Assembly: GCF_006345805.1 (NCBI RefSeq)
Contig: NW_021826242.1
Coordinates: 1 to 43,248 of the forward strand
Direction: 5' to 3'
Origin: Octopus sinensis
Lineage: Eukaryota
Length of the DNA: 43,248 bases
Positions 12,016-23,282 of this stretch are shown here, in pieces. Made by a program: the position numbers and the translations under genes. A model generated the notes under the pieces. That model had not been told where the DNA came from, did not search any database, and worked only from the letters and a program-made list of their open reading frames with translations. Each line of letters starts with the position of its first letter. Position 1 is the stretch's first letter.

Positions 12016-12277
12016 TTCTACTCTAGGCACAAGGCGTTGTAAATTTTGGATGAAGGGGGCTAGTTGATTACATCGACTCCAGTGCGTAACTGGTACGTAT
12101 TTCAATCGATCCTGAAAGGATGAGAGGCAAAGTCGACCTCGGCGGAATTTGAACTTAGAACGTAGCGGTAGACGAAAGTTCTGATTTCAAATTCCGCTAA
12201 GGTCGACTTTGCCTTTCATCCTTTCGGGGTCGCTATATTAAGTACCAGTTTCGGGGTTTGTGCCTAGTGTAGAAAAG
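12016..12277. mobile_element. Head-to-head pair of 5'-truncated SINE A copies inside one TSD
   Basis: Minus copy 12016-12177, plus copy 12178-12277; about 21-bp TSD AATATTTTCA(G/A)CGATTTT(T)ATT at 11995-12015 and 12278-12298. Confidence 0.85.
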
Positions 12278-12357
12278 AATATTTTCAACGATTTTATTAC
12301 AGTTGAAGGTCATATTGCAGGAATCGTAATTTATATTGCAATATATTTCAAAGAATA

Positions 12358-12569
12358 TACGAAGGCGGAGCCGAAAAGTTCCTGCTTTGGGTTAAAGAAA
12401 ATACAAGAGGATCAGTTATGATTTTATTCAACATATTCCTAAGATTCACACACTTATTGTAGCGGTCCCTCAGTGCTTCTAAGTCCTGTAAAAGAACTCA
12501 GAAGGTTTGGCCTCCAATCAGGCCTTTCGCAATACCCATAAAGCCGGGACTTTTTAGCACCTTCTTGTA
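12358..12569. mobile_element. Mariner-derived MITE, about 212 bp
   Basis: Imperfect TIRs TACGAAGGCGGAGCCGAAAAGTTCCTGCTTT and AAAGCCGGGACTTTTTAGCACCTTCTTGTA; TA flanks; homologous to 42439-42648. Confidence 0.75.
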
Positions 12570-13302
12570 TATCTATCTTAACAATTCCTCTCCAATCTTT
12601 GAATGCAATGAATATGAAACATAGTAAAACATAGAACCATTGAGTGAGTAAAAAGATTAGGGTCTTTCGTCATGAGTTCGACTCCCGGTGGCACGTTGTG
12701 CCTTTACTATTTTTAAACAATTTGTGATAGCTTACAAACAGAATATGTTTTTCCATTTCGGGGAACATAAAATTTTAATCTATTAATTTTAATATAAAAA
12801 TAAAACACAGGACTGCGTATTTTGAAACATAAAATATGCATGCGGCCATGATTGTTCGTTAATGAGGTCTCTCACAGCTTTATTAAAACAAACATGAAAA
12901 ATCTTCAATTCCAAATTGGAATAAGCAGATTCTCCTTGTAGACTCATTTAAATTGATTGCATTAAGTAAACAGTTTTATATGTTCATAATAGAGTAACTA
13001 TTAAGCATTATATGGAATACTGCACAAATGCATAAAAACAAACAAAGTATGAAATATGGTCACCTTAAAGGAATAACATTACTTTATATCCTACCTAACG
13101 TAGAAGATAGATTTTGTATATCTTACATAATTTGTATGTTTTAACTAATTGAAAGACAGCCACAATAACGCTTAGTAAGTAATTCGGTGGACGAGATAAG
13201 CTTGGAAGCATTAATATGCAGGATTATTTAAGAGCACTGGACAGGTATTCTTCATCATTCAAAGGTAGTTAAGCACATATGTATATATATCGAACCATCT
13301 CA

Positions 13303-13470
13303 AGTGTAAATGCCCGAAATGGTCGTGACTTCTTGAACTTTACTGAGGAAAGAAAGCCACGAATGACCCGTCTGTTTTTTGCCTGTCCTTCTAATTGTTG
13401 TTTCTCTTGCCTGCCTTTGTATCGTCTATCTGTCCGAACGTTTTAATGCCCTCTATTGCGTGTTCTATTT
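13303..13470 (+). repeat. Fragment of the same Penelope-like repeat as 5303-5640
   Basis: ACTGAGGAAAGAAAGCCACGA...CCTTCTAATTGTTGTTTCTCT...TATCTGTCCGAA matches the reverse complement of 5305-5478. Confidence 0.75.
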
Positions 13471-13590
13471 ATATACATACATACATACATACATACATAC
13501 ATACATACATACATACATACATACATACTTATGTATATAAACGAAAGACAGGTCTATGAACAACAAGCAGGACGCTCTGCAATATATACA

Positions 13591-13664
<74 letters not shown>

Positions 13665-13725
13665 TACATATATACATACATGCATACATACATACATACA
13701 TACATATATATATATGTATGTATAT
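13470..13725. repeat. (CATA)n/(TA)n compound microsatellite
   Basis: Direct reading. Confidence 0.95.
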
Positions 13726-15412
13726 ATTCTTGCTAGTTATTACGTAGATTGACGATTTGTTTGCTTCTACAGATACACGTATTCTGTAGCCCGTCATAGT
13801 ATCGAAAGAAAAGCGCTGATAACACAGCAGTAATTCAATACATATGTGTGGTTGAGTGTGTTTATGTGCGTATAAAGTTATTATTATGTCTACGAAAAAC
13901 TGTAGATCACATTTGCGTATATTTTCAAGACGAAAACTTTTACTTAGCTGTCAAAATTGCTACGAGAACCTATCATATATATATATATATATATATATGT
14001 ATGTCTTCTTCCATGCCTATGTGTATACGTGTTTGTGTTTAAGCACAATAAGGATCAGATGTATTTTAGCTATTATATGTTGTTATGCAACATAGTTTTT
14101 TAAAAAAACTCATACGAGGAAGCATATTTTTAAATAAATACGTTAGAAACTTTTTGCAACACCAGTAAAAGAAATGAAGTTCTCAAAAATTAATGCTTAG
14201 ATTTCATAACCAGTAGCGTCGTGACATTTCTTTCATTTTTTTTTTTTGTTCTGCTGTAGTATTGTTGTTGATAACGCTGTTGTTGTTGCTGTTGTTGTTG
14301 CTGTTGTTGTTGGTCTTGTTATTGTTGTTGTCGTTGTTGGTGCTCTATTTTCTATTAGTTGCGTTCTCGTTCATTCACAACGGATAATGACGTCATTAGT
14401 AAACCCAACACCGACCTCATGCTCTCCGTACTACGCCATGCTCCATACGCTTGATTTTCTTCTTCTCTCCTAACCCGTTTCTCCCATTTGCTCATTGCAG
14501 CCTCACCTCACCCCACCCCCCAATCCTTCCCTCATCTATTTACCTACCCACACACCCTTTACCAATTCTGCAATTATCACCGCCATCAAATACACTTTTC
14601 TATAGAGGCAAATATTCATAGCCTCTTTAAAACCAATTCTGCTCTTTTTTTTGTTATATAGCCACAAAGACAAAAAAAAAAAAAATTAAAAAAAAAACAC
14701 CAACAGCACAACACAAAAATTGCAAAAATAAAAAAAAAGCAAAAAAATCCCCAAAATAGTTTTAAGGCGATTTACAAGAAAAACTTGCAAATGTCAGCAA
14801 GACTCTACTTCCTCTAACTGCCTCGTCAAGCGATTGATCTCTGGACCGGCGTGTCACTAAAATCAAGCCACATTTCTCATCGTATTCAATTTGTTTCTTG
14901 CAGTTATTATCAAAGATTGAATTAAATCAACATTCCTCTCTTAATATCACTTCCATTATAAGTGATGAATACACATGCCATACTGTACCACGCTGTCAAC
15001 TTCCTTACAACTCACAACTTTAAACCCTTTGGCTCTCTGCCTCTTTCTCACTCCCTCTCTCTCTCTCTCTCTCTCTGTTTCGCTCTTTTCCATAAGATTC
15101 TCTCTAAATGTCTCTCAACAATTTCTCTCACCCTCTATTTCTCTCATTCTCTTTCAATTCGTATCTCTCTCCCATTTCACCTTCAGAACTTTCTCGTGAC
15201 AAGTCATTATCCTTTCTTATTCTCATAACCAATCGTCTCTTCGCTTTATTCTTCTCTTTTTCACTCAGTCTTTCTATTTGCTTATCTCTTTCTTTCCCTC
15301 AATCCCTCCCTCCCCACCTCCCTCCTCCCTCCATCTTTGTTTCCCCCTCTCTCTATATATATATGCATACGTGTGTGTATATATATATAATATATACGTA
15401 TATATATGTATG

Positions 15413-15499
<87 letters not shown>

Positions 15500-15524
15500 G
15501 TATGAGAGAGAATAGTTCATGTCA

Positions 15525-15765
15525 TCAAAGTGACACTGGGGTACAAATATACGAAGCCCAGTGTACCCATCATGACTAACCGTCTGATAATGGTACACCA
15601 CATTGGCATCACAACTATATGTGCACAACATGAGAACTCATATCAAGATAAACAGCGCATGATCTTGCAGTTGGGGCCCAGTTAGAATTTTCTTCAGGTT
15701 GAGTAGCCCATCTTGCTCAAAAGGTCCCTGAATAATGTTTCTTTAAGGATGACAAATGAAACACC
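15525..15765. repeat. Probable interspersed repeat, unclassified
   Basis: Resembles a common octopus repeat from memory only; single copy here. Confidence 0.3.
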
Positions 15766-15804
15766 TATGCCTTTCACCTATGGCCTTGTCACATATTCTA
15801 AAGG

Positions 15805-15903
15805 ATCACTCCATCGGTTCCGATGACGAGGGTCTCTGCTGATATATGATCACTCCACAGACACGTGTACACTAACGTAATTCGCAGGGAGATTCAGTAC
15901 AAG
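15805..15903 (-). mobile_element. SINE D 3' fragment
   Basis: Reverse complement matches about 11690-11785. Confidence 0.8.
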
Positions 15904-15939
15904 CATAGGTTTCATTTGTATCAAGGTATTTATTGTTAT

Positions 15940-16171
15940 AAGGCAGCGAGCTGGCAAAAACGTTAGCACGCCGGGCGAAATGCTTAGCGGTATTTCGTCT
16001 GCGTTACGTTGTGAGTTCAAATTCCGCCGAGGTCGACTTTTCCTTTCATCCTTTCGGGGTCGATAAATTAAGTACCAGTTACGCACTGGGGTCGATGTAA
16101 TCGACTTAATACCTATGTCTGTCCTTGTTTGTCCCCTCTGTGTTTAGCCCCTTGTGGGTAATAAAGAAATA
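15940..16171 (+). mobile_element. Full-length Tx1-tailed SINE A with TSD
   Basis: TSD AGGTATTTATTGTTAT at 15924-15939 and 16171-16186; tail 16114-16170. Confidence 0.9.
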
Positions 16172-16200
16172 GGTATTTATTGTTATTATTATTATTATTA

Positions 16201-16245
<45 letters not shown>

Positions 16246-18116
16246 TACGGTCAGTCAAAGTAAGCGGCCACTTATTGGAGACATTTGGTATCGCACGCTT
16301 AGTCCGTCAGGGCTGCCCGCTGTCGCCTCTTCTGTACGTATTGGCACTCGAGCCACTACTGTGGAAACTGGAACAGTTAAAGGGTGTCCCTTTCGAACTG
16401 GGACAAGGAAGAGCAGTGTTGGCGTACGCGGACGACGTCACCGTCATGGTGTGAGACGCTTCCGAAGTGGAGACGATCGGTACCATCCTAAAAGAATATG
16501 AGTCGGTTGCAAGGGCTAAAGATCAACTCCAACAAATCGGTAGGTTTGCGCGGTTGGGTTCCTGGAGGGGCAGGACGATGCCATCGGACGATGTCGTTGG
16601 ACGCTGTACCGATGGACCAGTTAAACTGCTCGCGGTCTGGTGTGGTCCCGACATCCAGGTTGATAAGAACTGAGACGAGGAGGCGAACAGAGTGGCCAGT
16701 CTTACCCAGAAATGGACTGAGAAGTAGCTGTCCCTGAAAGGTTGGACAGAGGTTGCGAATGCTTACATCGCCTCCGTTATCAATCATCGCCTGACCGTCG
16801 TACCTTGTCCTGGTTACTGCTTGACCAAGTTAGAACGCCTCTTATTTAAATTCTTGCAGAAATGACATATTCCAGTGGCCAGGCGGTCAGTCTGTTGCCA
16901 GTATCCTCTGAGTGGCAGATTAGGTATGCTGTGGCTCTTAATGCACAGGCACACTCTTAGGTTACCCCACCTGCAACGATTTCTGGACGAAGAGCGTGTG
17001 TGGGCTCCGTTTGTGAGGCCCGTCTTTCCGCGGCTTGTCTCCTTGACGGAGCTGCAGTCCTAGGTGAAGAAAAGACCGAGCCTGGGTGCCTGGTACCTAG
17101 AATATCGTCAGGTGCTCACAGCCTTCTACAAGTCGGACAATTGGATTAGTGGATGTTCTGCTTTAGAAATTTATAGAGGATTAGTGGCGGCGAATTGCGA
17201 CGATGTTCTCGGGGTGACTCTGCGAGCGGACGAGAACAAAATGGCTAGTATGTTCCGGTTGGGAACTATCATAATTTCCAGATGTCTTTGGCTTGCCAGT
17301 GATACGGGAGCGGGGGGTGGTGCTATGTGTTCGAAATAAACTCTACAGGCACGGATGTGCTGTTAGACGGACTCGGCCGAAGTGCCTGAGAGTGACGAAA
17401 CTGTTCTGCACGCCCTCGTTCAGTGTCCGGGTATTGCTGACTTGTGGAGTTATATCGAACGGCTGCTGTCAGTGCGGGACGGATCCATCTGTCGGCTATG
17501 TCTGTAGTGATGATCGCACCGCCGCCCTCCTTCAATTGAGCAGGTAAGGCAGTTTTCCTTTGCCTGGTGGACAATCGAGCAGGCAAGGCAGTTTTCCTTT
17601 TTTGATGGACAAGGCTGAAAGGCATGAGGACAGATACATTCCTCTTTGGTAGAGCTCTCATTGACTTCTTCAAGTTGAAAAGGAAATTGAGAGTGGAAAG
17701 GGAAGTACTGTCTTTGAGTGAGTTTACTGAAAGGTGGGTGAAAGTTGCGGAAATGGCAAGAGTGGATGGTACCTCTCTAAATGTAGACCTGTGAGTCGGA
17801 GAGAAAGAATTAGAGAGAGCACTTGCTCCTGGGGTTCTAGGAAAATCTCGGACAGTGGGGTTCCTCGATTACCCCTAGAGGCACTCCCGTATCAGGAGGG
17901 TCACATCTCTATCTATCATCCCCGCCACTTTATTTTTTTAAAACCTCTGTATGCTATGCATGTGGCCCTTCTTTTTCAGTGAATACCGTGTGTACTTACA
18001 TTATTTTTTTTTATCATTTCATTATATGTAAACCCCAACACTTTATGTCTGTTTTTGTATTGTCCCCCTCATACTTCGCCCTTGTGGCAAATAAATGAAA
18101 TCATCATCATCATCAT
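16246..18116 (+). mobile_element. 5'-truncated degenerate non-LTR retrotransposon, L1/Tx1 clade
   Basis: RQGCPLSPLLYVLALEPL (from 16305), YADD (16425-16436), KINSNKS, LSLKG..EVANAYI, CCHC-like ..KC..SDETVLHALVQCP (about 17377-17430), ORF stop 17792-17794, 3' UTR with AATAAA and a (CAT)n end; multiple stops and frameshifts. Confidence 0.92.
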
Positions 18117-18122
18117 TATTAG

Positions 18123-18262
18123 AAAGGCGGCGAGCTGGCAGAATCGTTAGCACGTCGGGCGAAATGCTTAGCGGTATTTCGGCTGCCGTAACGTTGTGAG
18201 TTCAAATTCCGCCGAGGTCGACTTTGCCTTTCATCCTTTCGGGGTCGATAAATTAACTCCCA
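18123..18262 (+). mobile_element. SINE A, 3' part missing
   Basis: Near-consensus head and body. Confidence 0.85.
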
Positions 18263-18283
18263 TTAATTATTATTATTATTGTT

Positions 18284-19035
18284 TGTATATATAGAAGGCA
18301 AGATGTGTGTGTGTGTGTGTGTGTGTACGTGATTGTAGTTCATGCACAAATTAGCACGCATGTCGCTCAAATTTTAGGAGGACATTCGTCAACATCCTAT
18401 CTGGGTTTTGTCAACTTATTTTTTTCCCGAGACACCCGCGGATAGCGGTAAAATTCTATTTTCAGCGATAGCTTTTAGTAGTAAAACCTATTTTCAGCCA
18501 TAGCTTTTTGACGGTGTCTAACAAAAAAAAAAAAAAAAAAAAACGATAAAGAAAAGTGGAAGAGAGTTTCACAGCCTCTGAACAAAAAAAAAGGGGAAAG
18601 ACAAAGTGAGAGATTGAGAGAGGGAGAGAGTAAGTGACGACGTTCATAATAAATAAAATGTAAAATGTTTTGTTTTTTCTTAAAAAATGTTTTGTTTTTT
18701 CTTAAACACGAGATATAGTGATTCAGGATGTTTTCGAAAGACACTATATTTTATAATCATAGTATATATACTTTCTCACACAACAATTACAATATATTTA
18801 TTTTAAATCATTTATTTATTTTAAATCGTTCATCTTTCTCCCTCCTCTCTCTCTCCTCTCTCTCTCTCTCACACACACATTACTTTGGGTGCGAAAGAGT
18901 TTTGTTTTTATTTTATGCCGAGTAAAAAAAGTATTTTGTTGAGAGTCGATATTACTTAGTTCGGTTCGAAATAAAGAACTTGATTAGCTTAATAATCGTA
19001 ACTTTATCCCGGGCAAGGCCGGGTTATACTGCTAG
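18284..19035 (+). mobile_element. Probable second non-autonomous Helitron family
   Basis: 3' hairpin CCCGGGCAAGGCCGGG, TTATACTG, then CTAG|T (19032-19035); 5' boundary inferred from TATATATAGAAGGCAAGATGTGTG, which resembles the start of the other Helitron. Confidence 0.55.
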
Positions 19036-19949
19036 TTATTATTATTATTATTATTAGGTAACCGATCAGTGCAGCACCAGACAAAATACCTTGCCGATGC
19101 TAGTTACGTGTTTATACATTCCAAATTCAAATTCCACCTTCTTGGCATCGTCTTTCATCTTTCTGAGAACGATCAGACGCGATATGTACGATAGATGGAC
19201 TGCGATCGGCTCGGTCAAAAACACTGCCTTTAAAAACAATTGGACGCCTTATGTCAATATAAGGGACCAAATTCTTTCTTGCCCTTTTCCTCTCTTGCAG
19301 TTTCTTCTTTTTTTCAGTTTGTGCCTCAGTCTTTCATGTACCTGATCCCTGTTTTCCTCCCTCCAGTATTTGATCTGTTTATTTCACTCTTCCTTCTCTC
19401 TCCCTCCCTCTTTCTCTCTTTCTCTTTCTCTCTCTCTCCCTCCCTCTTTCTCTCTTTCTCTTTCTCTCTCTCTGTATTTCCATTACTATTTTTTACTTCC
19501 CTCGTGTATTGCTTCCATTTTCATCATAAATATTGCTTCCGCCACCGCTTCTACAACCATCACTAACACCACAACCAACATCCACATCCCATCGACGACA
19601 ACAACAACAACAACAACAGCAGCAGCAGCAGCAGCAACACAGCTCCTTCTTACACATCTATCATTTCTAAAAACCATGGCGATGCATACAAATTAGAATT
19701 CCACCGACAGAATGAATCCGAGGTTTGATAGATTTGAACGTCTATACGTGTGAGCATGACAGTGTGAGCGTATCTGTGTGTATGCGATTGCATCTGTGTT
19801 GCGCTTGCGTATATATGTATGAATGTACGTGTGTATTTGTATCTGTGTGTGTGTTTGCACGTGTGTTTATGTGCTTGCGGGTGTGTAAGAATGCAAACGT
19901 TTAAACGCTATAAATACAAGTTGTTTATATAAATGTCGTAGTGAAGCAT

Positions 19950-20043
19950 GTATGTATACATACATACACATACATACATACATACATATGTGTGCGTATA
20001 TATATATATATGTGTGTGTGTGTGTATGTATATGTATATGTTA

Positions 20044-20074
<31 letters not shown>

Positions 20075-20228
20075 ATATATATATATAATATATATATGAT
20101 ATATATATATATATGTATAATGTATTATTATATATTATATATATATATATAATATATATTATATATTATATATAATATATATATATATATATATGTATTA
20201 TCTATATGTATAAATATATATATATGTA

Positions 20229-20268
<40 letters not shown>
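19950..20268. repeat. (CATA)/(TG)/(TA) microsatellite block
   Basis: Direct reading. Confidence 0.95.
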
Positions 20269-20271
<3 letters not shown>

Positions 20272-20579
20272 TCATAAAGCATATTGTTATACCTGTGCGT
20301 ATAATATATCTGCACATGAATGATTTATATTTCTGCTTTGTTGCTTCGTTGTTAATAAAAATGTTTTTCATTCTCCGTGTCGTGAAAATCCATAGCACCA
20401 TTCATTCCTCTTCTCATTTATCATTCGGTGCCTTCTGCTCCGAGTTCAAATTCCACCGAGCTTGAGCCTTGACCTTCGTCCAATCGAGGTCGAAAAAAGT
20501 AAAGTACCAGCTGAGCACTGGGTTGATGTAATTTGTCATTTCCCCCCCACCACCGCCATTACTCAGGCTAATCTTGATT

Positions 20580-20700
20580 AAGGAGGGCTATGATCAAGGC
20601 TTTCCTACTGTGACCATCTATTCTGCTGTATTAAATATGGTATCTAAGACGCCAGGGTATGATATGATGAAGTTTGAAGTGCTATTGATAGCATTAGAGG
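20580..20700 (+). repeat. Unclassified interspersed repeat fragment (TTCCT(A/G)CTGTGACCAT...TATCTAAGA...GTATGAT)
   Basis: Related fragments at about 31981-32050, 32445-32570 and 32888-33010. Confidence 0.6.
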
Positions 20701-20714
20701 TTTTAGAAGCTGTT

Positions 20715-21935
20715 GAAATCCTTTCTATTATAGGCACAAGGTCTGAAATTTGGGGGAGGGGGACAGTCGATTACATCGACCCCAGTATTCAACTGGCACT
20801 TGATTTATCGACCCCGAAAGGATGAAAAGTGAAGGTAACATCGGTGGAATTTGAACTCAGAACGTAGCGACGAGCGAATTACCGCTGAGCATTTCGTCCA
20901 GCGTGCCGCCTTCTTTAGAAGCAGTAATGATGATTTCAAATTTTGTCACAAGGGCAGATTGGATGAGGGGATTGAATCGATTACATCGACCCCAGTACGT
21001 AACTGGTACTTATATAATCGACCCCGAAAGGACGAATACCAAAGTCGACCTCGGCGGTAGAAGCAGTAATGATGTAGTGGAATAGCAAAAGGCTGGTGCG
21101 TTCAATTTATTTTGAAGGGTTTGACTTCCCATATGTCTGGAGTTTGTACCAGTCAAACAGTCGGATCAGTTCAAGGGAATATTACTTTCGGAAAATATAT
21201 GGGCTAGTATTTACACCTTTCGTGCTTTCGGGGTCGATAAATTAAGTACCAGTTGTGTACTGGGGTCGATGTAAGCTACTAACATTCTTCCCCAAATTTC
21301 AAGCCTTGTGTCTATAACAGAAAGGATTGTAACTGCTTCTAAAACCTGTAATGCTAACAATAGCATCATTAATTTTAAACTGAGGGAGAGCGGCGACTTC
21401 CTAGAATCGTTAGCACTCAAACAAAATGTTTAACGGTATTTCGTTATATAACGGTCGATAAATTAAGTACCAGTTACGCACTGGGGTCGATATGATCGAC
21501 TTAATCCGTTTGTCTGTCCTTGTTTGTCCTATCTGTGTTTAGCCCCTTGTGGGTAGTAAAGAAATAGGTATTTCGTCTGTCTTTACGTTCTGAAGTAAAA
21601 TTCCACCAAGGTCGACTTTGCCTATCATCCTTTCGGGGTCGATAAATTAAGTACCAGTTGCGTACTGTGGTCGATCTAATCGACTGGCCTCCTCTCCCCA
21701 AATTTCGGGCCTTGTGCCTAGAGTAAAAAAGAATCGTTAGCACCCCGAACAAAATGCTTAGCGGTATTTCGTCCTGCTTTGTGTTCTGAGGTCAGATTTC
21801 TCCGAGATCGACTTTGCCTTCCATCCTTTCGGGGTTGATAAAATAAGTACCAGTCATGTACTGAGGTTCACGTAATCAACCAGCTCTCTATTTCCCTAAT
21901 GAATTTTAGGCCTTGTATCTATAGTACAAAGGTTT
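20715..21935. mobile_element. Cluster of at least five SINE A copies on both strands
   Basis: Minus 20715-20910; minus 20933-21057 (17-bp TSD TAGAAGCAGTAATGATG at 20916-20932 and 21058-21074); plus 21222-21325; plus 21385-21735; plus 21735-21935. Confidence 0.85.
21445..21566 (+). mobile_element. 5'-truncated Tx1-tailed SINE A inserted inside an older SINE A
   Basis: 10-bp TSD GGTATTTCGT at 21435-21444 and 21567-21576; 8 extra nt TATATAAC at the 5' junction. Confidence 0.85.
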
Positions 21936-22167
21936 ATTCTTAAACCGGGGTAATCATGGAACAGGAGATATGCCAACCCAGTTCTCGCAACACTAAACAT
22001 CACTAGCAGCAACAGCGGCAGCAGCAGCAGCGGCGGCGAGAGCAACAGCGGCAAGAGCAGTAGCAGCAGCAGCAGCAGGACTACCATTTCATCGTCTGAT
22101 GGCGAGGGTGAAATGGCAATAACGAAGAAAGAAATTTCCAACATGTCGCTGAAAAACATGAACCATT

Positions 22168-22230
22168 GAAATAAAATAAAATAAAATAAAATAAAATAAA
22201 ATAAAATAAAATAAAATAAAATAAATAAAA
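22168..22230. repeat. (AAAAT)n pentanucleotide repeat
   Basis: Direct reading. Confidence 0.95.
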
Positions 22231-22547
22231 GTTTCAGCATCCTGCTCAAACCAACAACGATGCCATTCTAGATTCCTCAGAACAACGCCGATACCAAAAC
22301 AACAATGGTACTTCTCCTCAGACGACGACGAGTAAGAGGAATTAAAATCCATCGCCCTTCGAAAAAAATCAAAGCAGGATACCATAGATATAACAGCATA
22401 TTTCTGGGACATGGAATATTACGGGGATGTGTTGATCAACGCCAAAATAAACAGAGGATGGAATATAGGAGGCACTGAAATGATCGAATGCTAAATGATT
22501 GTTATAGTAATGACCTATTAGTAATGATAGTAGCAGCGGTATTGTGA

Positions 22548-22900
22548 AGGCTTAGTGGTTAGAGCGTCGAGTGGTTACGATCGTGAGGTTGTGATTTCGA
22601 TTTCCGGGCCAGGTTGTGTGTTGTGTTCTTGAGCAAGACACTTTATTTCACGTTGCTCCTGCTCACTCAGCTGTGGAGATGAGTTGCGACGTCACAGGTG
22701 CTAAGCTGTATCGGCCGTTGTTGCCTTTCTCTTGGATAACATATGGAGAAAGGAACCTGATATGCATGGGCGACTCATGGTCTTCCTTGAAACAGCCCTA
22801 GGTTGTACGTTCGCCGGAGAGGCGATTTTCCGCCCAGACTTGTACCCTAGAGGGAAGCCTCTTAGGTGCACCGATGGTCAATCGTGACCGACGGAGCCGA
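22548..22900 (+). mobile_element. tRNA-derived SINE family C (CTTGAGCAAGACACTT body, distinct tail)
   Basis: GGCTTAGTGGTTAGAGCG head, B-box-like TTTCGATTTCC; body shared with family D. Confidence 0.75.
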
Positions 22901-23232
22901 GTTTAGTAGTTGTAGTAAGGCGGCAAACTGGTTGAGTCGTTGCCACCGCGGGCAAATGCTTAACAGCATTTTGTCCGTTTTGTGTTCAGATGATTGTTAT
23001 AATGAATTAAACTAAGTATATCTTGACGATGGGGGTTTCTTATCATATCGCTTTGGTATCGAACCCAGGATTACATATTAGTAAAGCGAACACACACACA
23101 CACACGTGCAAATAGATATATTTAATCATACACAGCATGATGCATTTAGAATTTACACATGTTTCAGTAACATATTTAGACTTGAATGCAATCAAGCTCA
23201 ATCACACGCACGCACACGCACACACACACACA

Positions 23233-23282
<50 letters not shown>

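Noticed and set aside
16154-17673. ORF-track proteins across the LINE
   Set aside because: Off-frame readings or fragments of a disrupted ORF2; no intact protein
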